IMG/VR virus record: IMGVR_UViG_3300042502_001233
Location: 62,001 to 126,000 of that record
Reading direction: 5' to 3' (one strand)
Length of the DNA stretch: 64,000 nucleotides
Position numbers and translations under genes: made by a program. Positions 1 through 8,362 of this stretch are shown in pieces. The notes under the pieces are model-generated. The model was not told the DNA's origin. It searched no databases and worked only from the letters and a program-made list of their open reading frames with translations. Every line of letters starts with the position of its first letter. The first letter of the stretch is position 1.

Positions 1-300
1 ACCAACCCTAACTTGTTTATGACCTTGGTTGAAATGACGACCAAAGATATCATGAAAACCTCTAAACATATCATCTGGGTTGCCTCTGTTATCTGAATTG
101 TGTCCAAATCTGTCATATTTTGCTTTTTTATCATCATCGGACAAAACTTCATAAGCTTCAGACACTTCTTTGAACTTATCTTCATCACCACCCTTATCTG
201 GGTGTAACTCTTTGGCTAGCTTTCTATAAGCTTTCTTGATTTCATCTTGTGAAGCGCCTTTGGCTAACCCTAAAACCTCATAATAATCTCTTTTACTCAT
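1..300 (-). CDS. dnaJ: DnaJ-family chaperone, N-terminal J domain (truncated by window edge; absent from ORF track)
   Basis: Manual translation from ATG at 300: [55 protein letters not shown]...; J-domain with HPD motif. Confidence 0.95.
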   Translation of the reverse strand, partial: MSKRDYYEVLGLAKGASQDEIKKAYRKLAKELHPDKGGDEDKFKEVSEAYEVLSDDDKKAKYDRFGHNSDNRGNPDDMFRGFHDIFGRHFNQGHKQVRVG

Positions 301-320
301 GTGTAATCTTTATTTTTATG

Positions 321-328
321 CAAATATA
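321..328 (-). promoter_or_regulatory. Bacteroidota-type -7 promoter element (TATATTTG) upstream of dnaJ
   Basis: Matches TAnnTTTG, 20 nt upstream of the ATG. Confidence 0.6.
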
Positions 329-358
329 CTTAAATTTATAATATAAAACAAATAATTT

Positions 359-1012
359 ATGAAATACCGCGTAATTTTAACATCCAATGGTGAATACAAG
401 AAAACTCTACATATAAGTAAGACCAGAGAAACAGCCTTTAAGAACTTTCACAAGATAAAAGATGAAAACAAAGTGTATTTTCCTAAAAAATTCATAAATA
501 GCCATGGTATTAGACCAGTTAAATATGAAATATGTATCACTAAACCAACTGAAGAAGGTGATGTGTTTAGAACGCGTAGAGATGACTATGGAAAATTGTA
601 TACTGAACCACCATTGGGTGATTGGACTATTCTACATTCTGATAATTTTGAAATAGAAGAAACATTTTACATATATGGTTACGAAGAAAAAGAAAGACCT
701 ACTATTACTGAAATAGTTAAACGTCTTATGGTTAACGCTCACTCGAAAAAGATTGTGAAACAAGTTATCGTGGTTTATAATAAGTTAATCATATACAATG
801 AAGAACAATTTGATTTGGTTTTGTGTAAAAACCTAGAAGAAGCTCAAAGATTGCACCATACACTAGCCAAAATAGTAAAAAAGCAAAAGATTAAAAGTTT
901 ATTGTTTATGGGCACCGCTTCAAAAGCGAATATAGGGCGTTTATACGATTTAATTCACGATGAAACAGGTTGGTCGTACAGAAAGATAAGAAGAACCAGT
1001 ACAAAACCTTAA
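359..1012 (+). CDS. Hypothetical protein (217 aa)
   Basis: Long ORF with ATG, divergent from dnaJ; no recognised motif. Confidence 0.8.
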   Translation: MKYRVILTSNGEYKKTLHISKTRETAFKNFHKIKDENKVYFPKKFINSHGIRPVKYEICITKPTEEGDVFRTRRDDYGKLYTEPPLGDWTILHSDNFEIEETFYIYGYEEKERPTITEIVKRLMVNAHSKKIVKQVIVVYNKLIIYNEEQFDLVLCKNLEEAQRLHHTLAKIVKKQKIKSLLFMGTASKANIGRLYDLIHDETGWSYRKIRRTSTKP

Positions 1013-1638
1013 AAAAGTAAAATACAACTAGTTGGTCTAATGGTTAGTTTTATATCCATCAATTCATCTGATGAGTAATCTAACTCACCAAAATCTATTC
1101 GACTAACAAAACCTCTGATAACCCATTCTTCAACCAAGTCACCAACTGGACCCAATAATTGTATTCTATATTCAAATTCTCTATTGGTGTAAGAACTACC
1201 AACTCTCAAAAATAGTTCGTGCATTCTTTCAGCCATTGATGGTCCGATTGGGTCTCTAAAAATTATTTCGATATCTTCCCATTCCACTCTACCATTATTA
1301 AACGTAACACTAGGCCTAACAGTTGTTTTTACAACTTGATGAGGAATTTCAAATTCGTCTGGGAATAACAACATAAATCTATTAGGTCTTTTAGGTTCAT
1401 AAAAACTAGCTAGGTTAGGTTTGCTCCAAAATTTATCTAGGTTTTCTAAATCATCAATTTTGTTTGAAATCCATTGTTTAACTACTTGTTCAGAAATAGA
1501 TAATTCTACAGAAAAAATAAGTGTAATCTCTTCTGCAATATGTCTACCATAATCTTTACCACCAAAATGAGTGTGAACTATGTTTGAATCACCCAACACA
1601 TAGTTCATATCCATATAATCAAACAATCTTTTTTCCAT
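1009..1638 (-). CDS. Tail tube (T4 gp19-like) domain protein with unrelated N-terminal extension
   Basis: C-terminal part KRPNRF...WEDIEIIFRDPIGPS...LLGPVGDLVEEWVI...IDFGELDYSSDELMDIKLTIRPTSCIL resembles gp19-like tube proteins. Confidence 0.65.
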   Translation of the reverse strand: MEKRLFDYMDMNYVLGDSNIVHTHFGGKDYGRHIAEEITLIFSVELSISEQVVKQWISNKIDDLENLDKFWSKPNLASFYEPKRPNRFMLLFPDEFEIPHQVVKTTVRPSVTFNNGRVEWEDIEIIFRDPIGPSMAERMHELFLRVGSSYTNREFEYRIQLLGPVGDLVEEWVIRGFVSRIDFGELDYSSDELMDIKLTIRPTSCILLF

Positions 1639-1826
1639 TATTTAAACAAACCTTCAAGTTTTCCAACTAGTACCGAAATCCTAGCATCATTTTTTCTTAT
1701 TTGTTCTTCTAAGTGTGGTGGTATGTTACCAGCAAATTCAGATTTTATTTTAGAGTTTTGTCTTTGAAGCGCATCGCTTTCTCTAAGACATTCTTCATAT
1801 ATCGCAGCTTTTTGGTCGTTATTCAT
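1638..1826 (-). CDS. Hypothetical protein (62 aa, likely start MNNDQK)
   Basis: Overlap-coupled to both neighbours; helical composition. Confidence 0.6.
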   Translation of the reverse strand: MNNDQKAAIYEECLRESDALQRQNSKIKSEFAGNIPPHLEEQIRKNDARISVLVGKLEGLFK

Positions 1827-2157
1827 TTTTATCACATTTACAGTTACCACCGCATTCGCATGGTTTATTTTCAGTTTCTTCGTCTTCAACATCGATATCA
1901 GTATCTATTGAAAATTGTTCTTTTATATCTTCAACCATTTGGTTAATTTTTGCCATATCAGCCTCAGCTATGATTGATGGGTTGATACATTCTACTCTTT
2001 CTTCACCTTTGGTAGGAATAAAGAATGCCATAGCGTTAGAATTTTTTTCAGCTAACATATGATTTACAGATTCAGCAAAAGGTTGAATAATTTCTTTGAT
2101 TTTCATCATTTCAGCATCCAAGTAAAATACAAGGATAAGTGGATATTGGTTTTCCAT
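1819..2157 (-). CDS. Hypothetical protein with C-terminal CECGGNCKC Cys cluster
   Basis: ORF in operon context; acidic linker followed by a 4-Cys tail. Confidence 0.75.
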   Translation of the reverse strand: MENQYPLILVFYLDAEMMKIKEIIQPFAESVNHMLAEKNSNAMAFFIPTKGEERVECINPSIIAEADMAKINQMVEDIKEQFSIDTDIDVEDEETENKPCECGGNCKCDKNE

Positions 2158-2160
2158 AGT

Positions 2161-2403
2161 TTATTGTTTATAATTTGTTATTTCTTCAACATAATTTGAT
2201 ATATCGTCACTGTTTGGGATAGTTTTGAAATGTGTTACTAAATATTCTGTAACTACCAAGGATTTCTCGGTTTGACCTAAAACTTCTCTACATGCGATGT
2301 TTTTACCATCAATGTTTATATATATTAAGTATTCGCTAATATAGTTTTTTCCTTTTTTTCTACTGTAAAATCTATCAATTTCTTTTACTATTATTTTTGT
2401 CAT
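2161..2403 (-). CDS. Hypothetical protein (likely start MTKIIV)
   Basis: ORF track 2161-2421; the internal ATG at 2403 lies downstream of a TATACTTG promoter-like element at 2419-2426. Confidence 0.6.
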   Translation of the reverse strand: MTKIIVKEIDRFYSRKKGKNYISEYLIYINIDGKNIACREVLGQTEKSLVVTEYLVTHFKTIPNSDDISNYVEEITNYKQ

Positions 2404-2460
2404 AAAATTTATTTTAAACAAGTATAACGAAAAACAATAAATATGTAAATGATATAAATA

Positions 2461-2490
2461 AAAAAAGCCCCATTGCTGGAGCTTTCTTTT
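2461..2490 (-). terminator. Rho-independent terminator
   Basis: Minus strand AAGCTCC-agcaat-GGGGCTT hairpin followed by a U-tract. Confidence 0.75.
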
Positions 2491-2493
2491 TAT

Positions 2494-2694
2494 TCGATTT
2501 GTCTACAAGATGCGGGGGCATTTACTTCTAAACCCAGTTACGAAGTTTCTCTCGATTCAAAAAATTTTAGAGGTTACAAGAGAGGACCTACGTTAAATAG
2601 TGTATCTGAATATTTGTAGTTTTTTTGTTTGCTGCATACAACTTTTAAGCGACAAATCTAGTTAAGACACGGAGCAGTTTCCCACCCCGCACTT
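2494..2694 (-). ncRNA. Candidate structured non-coding RNA downstream of the TROVE-like gene
   Basis: ORF-free, GC-enriched 200 nt with complementary segments 2496-2503/2651-2658, 2511-2517/2685-2691, 2524-2528/2542-2546, 2549-2553/2580-2584, 2599-2605/2636-2643 and a GAAA-capped hairpin at about 2667-2692; followed by a terminator. Confidence 0.5.
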
Positions 2695-2698
2695 AGTT

Positions 2699-4135
2699 TT
2701 AAACAGTTACGCAAGCGTAACGTTCTGAGCCGATAACAGACATCATCATTGAGTATGGTGTCATCTCTTTACCCGCTAGCAAGCTAGTCAATAAAGATGG
2801 TGAGAAACCACTCACTAAAGCAGTACCGTTTTTATCAAACTGAACTGGTTTGTTGTTATCACCTCTTGACTGAATGTTCCAGTATACAACTTTAGGCATA
2901 GCATAACCAGCTTGAGAGTATTTGGCTTCAATCATTTGTTGTGCAGTTGGGTTCCAACTTCCACCACCAGCGTAGTTGAATTCCATATCCGAAAGGATAA
3001 GAATCATTGTTGGCATTTCTTCTTGAGAAACTTTAGAAGCTCTCGCTTTGTCAAGTATCAAGTTGAACACCGCTTCGATGTTGGTAGACATTGCCCACTC
3101 AGCACGTCTCAATTGGTTGTATCTCTCACTAAGAGAACCTTTCAAGATTTGAAGCGAAGGACGACTTGAGAAAGTCACAAACGCATCTTGGAAAGGACCA
3201 ACGTTTCTTTCTGAAATGTATAACCCCAAAGAGATTGCTACATCCATACAAGTTACACTAGCGCTACCACCAGCTGAACAAGACATTGAACCTGACACGT
3301 CAACAACTGGCAAGAATTTCTCGTTGTTGTTTTCCATGTAGTTAGGTAGTGCACCCCATTGTGCGTTAGCACCTTTAGTGTTACCTTGGTTCAAGCTTTT
3401 GATAATGTCGTATGGGTATACGGCACCAGCGTTTATTTTTGTTTCACCTTTTTCAACAGAGTTAAGGTATTCTTGGAAACGAACCAAGTCATTTTTAGAG
3501 AACGCTTTCATGTAGTCACTCATTGCTTTTGAAGGCAATTTAGAATACTCAATTTTAGAGAATTCTTTAGCACACATCAATTGCTCAACGGTGTTAGAGT
3601 TTTCTACTAACATTTTACGGTAGTCTTTTGGTGACATACCCATGTGTTTTCTCAAAGCTGTCGCCCATCTTTTTTTCTCACGATTACCTACGTTTGGACG
3701 TGGCATCCATTTAGCGCAAAGACCATTTTTATTAGCCAACGCACTAGCGATTAACTCCAAAGCATCTTTTTCCAAAGGTGTACCTACCAATACAAGTAAG
3801 TCATCCCATCTACCGAACTCGGCAATCAAGTGTAAATTTTTACGCAAAGCGTCTGTACGGTTAGCCGCAAGATACTCTATGATATCTCTGAAGATTTTTC
3901 TTTCTCCAGCTCCACCACGAACGTCACGTGCCCAGAACAACAAACGCATTGCTGTTAATGAGTTCTCACCAAATGCTTTCGTGAATACATTGATAAGACG
4001 TTGTTTATCTTGCCCTCTCATAGCACCAATCTGGAAGAATAAATCCACACATAGGTTTAATGATGAAGAGTTAGTAGACATACCGTTTTCAGTCAATGAA
4101 TCTTTAGTTTGCATAGCATTTAATAATGTACTCAT
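2699..4135 (-). CDS. DUF2828 / TROVE (Ro60)-like protein with C-terminal VWA domain
   Basis: TENG..N.SS...CVDLFF, RDVRGGAGER, FGRWDDL, AKWMPR, VVDVSGSM (MIDAS-like), ILSDMEF, VSGFSP motifs; likely start MSTLLN at 4135. Confidence 0.85.
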   Translation of the reverse strand: MSTLLNAMQTKDSLTENGMSTNSSSLNLCVDLFFQIGAMRGQDKQRLINVFTKAFGENSLTAMRLLFWARDVRGGAGERKIFRDIIEYLAANRTDALRKNLHLIAEFGRWDDLLVLVGTPLEKDALELIASALANKNGLCAKWMPRPNVGNREKKRWATALRKHMGMSPKDYRKMLVENSNTVEQLMCAKEFSKIEYSKLPSKAMSDYMKAFSKNDLVRFQEYLNSVEKGETKINAGAVYPYDIIKSLNQGNTKGANAQWGALPNYMENNNEKFLPVVDVSGSMSCSAGGSASVTCMDVAISLGLYISERNVGPFQDAFVTFSSRPSLQILKGSLSERYNQLRRAEWAMSTNIEAVFNLILDKARASKVSQEEMPTMILILSDMEFNYAGGGSWNPTAQQMIEAKYSQAGYAMPKVVYWNIQSRGDNNKPVQFDKNGTALVSGFSPSLLTSLLAGKEMTPYSMMMSVIGSERYACVTV

Positions 4136-4171
4136 AATAATAAAATTTTTGATTGTTAATTTTTGATAATG

Positions 4172-4204
4172 CAAAGATACTACTTTTTATATATGCTTGT
4201 CAAG
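4172..4204 (-). promoter_or_regulatory. Bacteroidota-type promoter (TATCTTTG -7, TTGACA-like upstream element)
   Basis: caaagata at 4172-4179 and cttgtcaag at about 4196-4204 on the plus strand. Confidence 0.65.
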
Positions 4205-4220
4205 TTTTTTTTCGTTTTTT

Positions 4221-4820
4221 TTATAAAAAATTTCTAACGTACTGATTTCTATGGTACTTACATATCCCATATTCTTTAATTGCGACTATATGTTGAGGGC
4301 TAAGATACCCTTTATTACCATCCCAAAGGTATATTGGATACAATTTATGTAACTTGGTCATGTATTCATCTCGTCTAACTTTAGCTACGATAGCAGCCGC
4401 AGCTATACAAGTATACGTATCATCACCTTTAGGTACAAGTGTTACTGGAATGTCTTTTGTCCATTTATCCCATACAGTACCATCAACAAGGATTTGTTCT
4501 GGTTCAATTGTTAAACCATCAAGACATCTGTGCATTGTTTTAAACGTTGCTGGGTTAATACCCAAATCGTTTATGTCTTGAATAGTACTGGCCAAACAAA
4601 CAACATCCAGCGCGTTATCTAAAATAAGTTTATACGCATCGTTACGTTGTTTTTCGGTAAGTTGTTTGGAATCTCTTATAAGTTCAGACTTGAATCCTTT
4701 TGGCATGATTACCGCTGCCGTCACAACTGGACCAGCACCACAACCTCTACCTACTTCATCTAACCCAGCAACATAATCATAGTCACCGAAATCCTCAAGA
4801 ATTTTTTTTATCTTAGCCAT
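4221..4820 (-). CDS. rnhB: Ribonuclease HII
   Basis: GLDEVGRGCGAGPVV, DSKQL, LVDG, KGDD...IAAAAIVAKVRRD, NKGY motifs. Confidence 0.95.
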   Translation of the reverse strand: MAKIKKILEDFGDYDYVAGLDEVGRGCGAGPVVTAAVIMPKGFKSELIRDSKQLTEKQRNDAYKLILDNALDVVCLASTIQDINDLGINPATFKTMHRCLDGLTIEPEQILVDGTVWDKWTKDIPVTLVPKGDDTYTCIAAAAIVAKVRRDEYMTKLHKLYPIYLWDGNKGYLSPQHIVAIKEYGICKYHRNQYVRNFL

Positions 4821-4838
4821 TTTATTATATTAATACGG

Positions 4839-4846
4839 CAAAGATA
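4839..4846 (-). promoter_or_regulatory. Bacteroidota-type -7 element (TATCTTTG) upstream of rnhB
   Basis: Exact TAnnTTTG match 18 nt upstream of the ATG. Confidence 0.6.
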
Positions 4847-4858
4847 CTAAATTAAACC

Positions 4859-5089
4859 TTATACTCCAACTATTTTATAAAGTTTTACAACAATACCAGC
4901 AATCTCAATCTCAAACTCATCATCATAAGTTATAAAGTTCGCTGTTGGATTGTTTTTATAAAACAAAACTTCATTGATTTTTCTATACTCATGTTCTGGT
5001 AGTGTATATGACAACATCAACCCTTTCTTTTGTATTCTTTCGTCAGCAATTATTACCGACACTGTTTCTATTAATTGTTCGTAATTCAT
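4859..5089 (-). CDS. Hypothetical protein
   Basis: ORF adjacent to the upstream gene (1 nt gap). Confidence 0.7.
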   Translation of the reverse strand: MNYEQLIETVSVIIADERIQKKGLMLSYTLPEHEYRKINEVLFYKNNPTANFITYDDEFEIEIAGIVVKLYKIVGV

Positions 5090-5090
5090 A

Positions 5091-5303
5091 TTAAAATTTT
5101 GTAAATATTTTTTTTATTGATGTCATTATTTTTTGACCAAGGGTTGGTTTTTTAATGATAGGTTTTGGTTTCTTTTTTATTTCTTCACCTAAACCAGATT
5201 TAACTTCTTCCACAAATTGGGCTTTTTTTAAAGCTGTCTTGTATTTTTCAGCAAGTATTTCTTTTTCTGCTTGCGCAATTTCTCTATTGTTAGTTACACT
5301 CAT
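5091..5303 (-). CDS. Hypothetical basic protein
   Basis: ORF with ATG; Lys-rich amphipathic C-terminus. Confidence 0.7.
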   Translation of the reverse strand: MSVTNNREIAQAEKEILAEKYKTALKKAQFVEEVKSGLGEEIKKKPKPIIKKPTLGQKIMTSIKKIFTKF

Positions 5304-5395
5304 ATTTTTTTTGTTTTAAATATAGTTATTGTTTTTATTTTTGTAAATAACAAAAATATTTGTATATAAATATTGACTATTTTGTACATAAACCG

Positions 5396-5403
5396 TATAT
5401 TTG
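5396..5403 (+). promoter_or_regulatory. Bacteroidota-type -7 element (TATATTTG) for the plus-strand membrane protein
   Basis: TAnnTTTG 10 nt upstream of ATG 5414, with TTGACT about 20 nt further upstream. Confidence 0.6.
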
Positions 5404-5413
5404 AATAAAAATT

Positions 5414-5749
5414 ATGGTTACAATACTTTTTATTCTGATTTGTTACGGTGCATGTAACAATATTATTTACGGTTCACTTTTTGAAGGATTTAGAAATTTT
5501 TTAGCTAAATTCGGACAAGGTGGTTATAGTTTATATAAGTTATTCACATGTTTTATGTGTTTAGGTACTTGGATGGGTTTTGCTGTTTCAGCGTTAATGG
5601 CTCATTTCTCTTACGCGCATTTAACCCCAATGGGTTCTATTGGTGTGGATAGTTTATACTTAATGATTTTTTTAAATGGATTGGTTTCAGCTGGCGGTGT
5701 CTGGCTGATGCATACTCTACAGGAAGCTCTGGAAGGGGTTTCAGCTTAA
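5414..5749 (+). CDS. Small membrane protein, DUF1360-like
   Basis: Three hydrophobic segments; LFTCFMCLGTW (CxxC-x3-W) motif. Confidence 0.6.
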   Translation: MVTILFILICYGACNNIIYGSLFEGFRNFLAKFGQGGYSLYKLFTCFMCLGTWMGFAVSALMAHFSYAHLTPMGSIGVDSLYLMIFLNGLVSAGGVWLMHTLQEALEGVSA

Positions 5750-5763
5750 TGTTTTTGTTTAAC

Positions 5764-5794
5764 AAAAAAAGCCTCAGAAATGAGGCTTTTTTTA
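5764..5794. terminator. Bidirectional rho-independent terminator
   Basis: AAAAAAAGCCTCA-gaaa-TGAGGCTTTTTTT between convergent genes. Confidence 0.85.
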
Positions 5795-6472
5795 TTTAGG
5801 GGGTAATTCAATTTTACTCCTGTTTGATTTTGGTTTCTTGTTGTCAAGATATTTTCTATTGCGCTCGGCCCTAGCCTCTTCTTCCAACATTTCTAATTCT
5901 TCTTCAGAATATTCTATTGGGTTACCATTTTCATCTACATAAGCTATGTGGTTAATGCTATTTATTTCATCTTGTGTGTCATAATCGCTGTAACCATTAA
6001 AACTATCTGGGTCTGTTACAATTATCACTTCTTTTTCTGATTGTGGTTGAATAATTTCTTCCACTATCTCATCGTCAATGTTTAAATCGAAATCATTTAA
6101 TTTTGGTACCAATTCTTCGTCAGAAAATGAAAACTTCAATCGAGTTAATTTCTCCAAAGAGTTTTGTTTAAAGATGTTTTTTAGTTCTTCAACTTTTAAT
6201 TTCAAAAGCTCATGTTTTTTTTCTCGCTCTTGATTCATTTTGATTGTTTTACCAACAAACCCTAGTAATTCGTCAACACCAATATTAGGTGCATCACTGT
6301 AAACCATAAAATAATTCAAAGATTCATCACCTTTAATTGTTTTTATTGTTTGGTCTGTTTGCACCGTCCAACCTTCTTTAAAAACTGCATCTATAACTGG
6401 TACTCCTTCTACATATCTAATACCTACTATATATGGTTGAAGCGCGTCTAATGTTTTTTGTATGTTTGACAT
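5792..6472 (-). CDS. Hypothetical protein
   Basis: 226-aa ORF; acidic central region. Confidence 0.8.
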   Translation of the reverse strand: MSNIQKTLDALQPYIVGIRYVEGVPVIDAVFKEGWTVQTDQTIKTIKGDESLNYFMVYSDAPNIGVDELLGFVGKTIKMNQEREKKHELLKLKVEELKNIFKQNSLEKLTRLKFSFSDEELVPKLNDFDLNIDDEIVEEIIQPQSEKEVIIVTDPDSFNGYSDYDTQDEINSINHIAYVDENGNPIEYSEEELEMLEEEARAERNRKYLDNKKPKSNRSKIELPPK

Positions 6473-6481
6473 ATTTTATTT

Positions 6482-6697
6482 TTAAATTGTAATACCTGTA
6501 AAAATTGCAGATAGTGCGTATGCAAGGGATAAACCTAACAAGAACAATGATTTGTTTGAAATAATGTACTTGCTTGTTTGACCTTCTTCATTGGTTTTGA
6601 ACATTGCTTGGATAAAATAATATCCATGTCTAAACACATTGAATATTGATAACAAGAATAACACTACCAATAATTTGTTAAGTATCGTCTCTAACAT
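6482..6697 (-). CDS. Small membrane protein (2 TM)
   Basis: Two hydrophobic stretches. Confidence 0.7.
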   Translation of the reverse strand: MLETILNKLLVVLFLLSIFNVFRHGYYFIQAMFKTNEEGQTSKYIISNKSLFLLGLSLAYALSAIFTGITI

Positions 6698-6705
6698 AAT
6701 GTTTG

Positions 6706-6885
6706 TTATTTTGCTTCTTTGTTCTTAGCAGAAACGTCTTGTCTCAAAGTTTGAGCCAAAGCTTTAATGTCTTGTAAACCTTTTCTAAGTCTTACACCAG
6801 CAGCTTTGTTGCTTTTTTCATAAAATTTAGTCGCATCTTCTTCTAATGCAATTACTAATCCTTTTAATTCGTTAAATTCATTCAT
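6706..6885 (-). CDS. Histone H1-like Hc1-family protein (59 aa; absent from ORF track)
   Basis: Manual translation MNEFNELKGLVIALEEDATKFYEKSNKAAGVRLRKGLQDIKALAQTLRQDVSAKNKEAK; the KFYEK.NKAAG.R.RK pattern is characteristic of Bacteroidota Hc1-like proteins. Confidence 0.85.
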   Translation of the reverse strand: MNEFNELKGLVIALEEDATKFYEKSNKAAGVRLRKGLQDIKALAQTLRQDVSAKNKEAK

Positions 6886-6887
6886 TG

Positions 6888-7124
6888 TTAATCGTTTTTT
6901 TGTTCAATGTTATTATTGTTATTATTGTTTAGCATAGTTTGGAGTTTAGCCACACTGGCTTCGTTATTAGCTATGCTAGCTAATATCATTTTAATCGAGC
7001 TAGATTTTTGGTCTATAGTTTCACTCGAATTAATTGTTTGTTCTAGTCTATCTTCCAATTTCATTTTATCGGTAGTTAGTTCTAAAAGTACTACGTTAAA
7101 TAATCTTTCTGTATTCATAAGCAT
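6888..7124 (-). CDS. Hypothetical coiled-coil protein
   Basis: Heptad-like pattern; poly-Asn tail. Confidence 0.65.
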   Translation of the reverse strand: MLMNTERLFNVVLLELTTDKMKLEDRLEQTINSSETIDQKSSSIKMILASIANNEASVAKLQTMLNNNNNNNIEQKND

Positions 7125-7162
7125 AAAACTACTATAAAAAAATTAAAAATAAATAGTAAAAC

Positions 7163-7642
7163 CTAATTTTTTTGTGTTTTTAGCGACATTTCCATTAATC
7201 GATAGATTTCTAGGAAGGTATCAATGTCTGCATTGGTCTTTAATTTGTTATAATCGAAGATGTCTAACCATAATTTTAATATAGTGTTATCCGTGTAATC
7301 TGATTTGTTTTTTTCTTTGTTAAAATAAAACACTTCGAACATAAATTCTGAAAAATACTCCATAATTCTTTCATTTTCAAAATAAATACCTTCTTCTTTG
7401 AAAATATCTATTGTTCGATTCCAGCACCAATTAAAATGGTTAGATTGTTCTTGTGGTGGTGTAACATCGTCACCCATATATGTATCAAAAACAGTAATCA
7501 ATAGCGATTGTACGAAATCACTATAAAGTTGACATTTCTCATACTTTATATTATTTTTATTATAGACCATAGATATCGCTTCCCAACTCATTGGGTTATT
7601 AATGTACGCTAAAAAACTTAACTTATTGTACTTATCATTCAT
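7163..7642 (-). CDS. Hypothetical protein
   Basis: 159-aa ORF with ATG. Confidence 0.75.
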   Translation of the reverse strand: MNDKYNKLSFLAYINNPMSWEAISMVYNKNNIKYEKCQLYSDFVQSLLITVFDTYMGDDVTPPQEQSNHFNWCWNRTIDIFKEEGIYFENERIMEYFSEFMFEVFYFNKEKNKSDYTDNTILKLWLDIFDYNKLKTNADIDTFLEIYRLMEMSLKTQKN

Positions 7643-7699
7643 CTTATTATTTTATTATTAATATAAGGCAATAAGGTGAAAAATAAAGTTTATTTAGAA

Positions 7700-8314
7700 T
7701 TATGCGGTTAACCAAGTATAATATCTTTTGGTCAATGATAATCTATCAGCTAACCCCTTGGTACCACCATTTATTCTTCTGGTCAAACTTCTTATTATTT
7801 TATCATTAACACCTAAATCACATATAGACCATAATTTATTAGTATTAAAAAAGAACATAGCCGATTCAAAAGAAAAATTAGTTGCAACTAAATCTGGGTT
7901 AGCCATTATTTCTGGTCTTTTTATTGAATCTGAAAATAATTTATAATTATTTTTACCAGTTAATTGAATAGCACCTCTACCTCTATATGTCCAACCTTCT
8001 TTTGACGCTTCATTACCGTTACCCATTCTGTTTCCATAAACTCTTGAAGCTATTTTTACTGGTTGTCTTGCGTACTCATTAACATTGTCTTTGGTAAAAT
8101 ATTTTGGAAAAGTTTTTAACAATCCAGTGGCGGAATAGTTTAAATTTTCTGTGAATGATTGAAAACCACCAGTCTCGTGAGATAGCTGACCGAAAAAGTG
8201 TGCCGCTCTTTCTGGTGTTAATTTAAAATACGTCATAGCTGCTTTTAATGTTTTTGGACCAAATGACCCATCAGCTGTAACACCTAATTTTTCTTGTAAT
8301 TTGATTAAACTCAT
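7700..8314 (-). CDS. Glycoside hydrolase family 19 endolysin with N-terminal peptidoglycan-binding segment
   Basis: LQEKLGVTADGSFGPKT (PG-binding), FFGQLSHETGGF...ENLNY, YRGRGAIQLTGKNNY, INGGTKGLADR. Confidence 0.9.
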   Translation of the reverse strand: MSLIKLQEKLGVTADGSFGPKTLKAAMTYFKLTPERAAHFFGQLSHETGGFQSFTENLNYSATGLLKTFPKYFTKDNVNEYARQPVKIASRVYGNRMGNGNEASKEGWTYRGRGAIQLTGKNNYKLFSDSIKRPEIMANPDLVATNFSFESAMFFFNTNKLWSICDLGVNDKIIRSLTRRINGGTKGLADRLSLTKRYYTWLTA

Positions 8315-8362
8315 TGTTTTTGTTTTTAAAAAATATTATACCCATAAATATCTTAAAAACAA

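Noticed and set aside
2505-2520. Cobalamin riboswitch resemblance (minus strand GCCCCCGCA..TGTA)
   Set aside because: The upstream AGGGAA/GGTG..AATCC and downstream AGYCAG elements are absent, and the location is 3' of a gene.
2586-2600. Pistol-ribozyme-like ACGTTAAATAG on the plus strand
   Set aside because: The required P1 partner and pseudoknot complement are missing, and G.U analysis favours the minus strand.
6905-6930. Poly-Asn (AAC/AAT) microsatellite as a phase-variable tract
   Set aside because: A short, impure triplet run at a protein C-terminus; slippage would not change frame.
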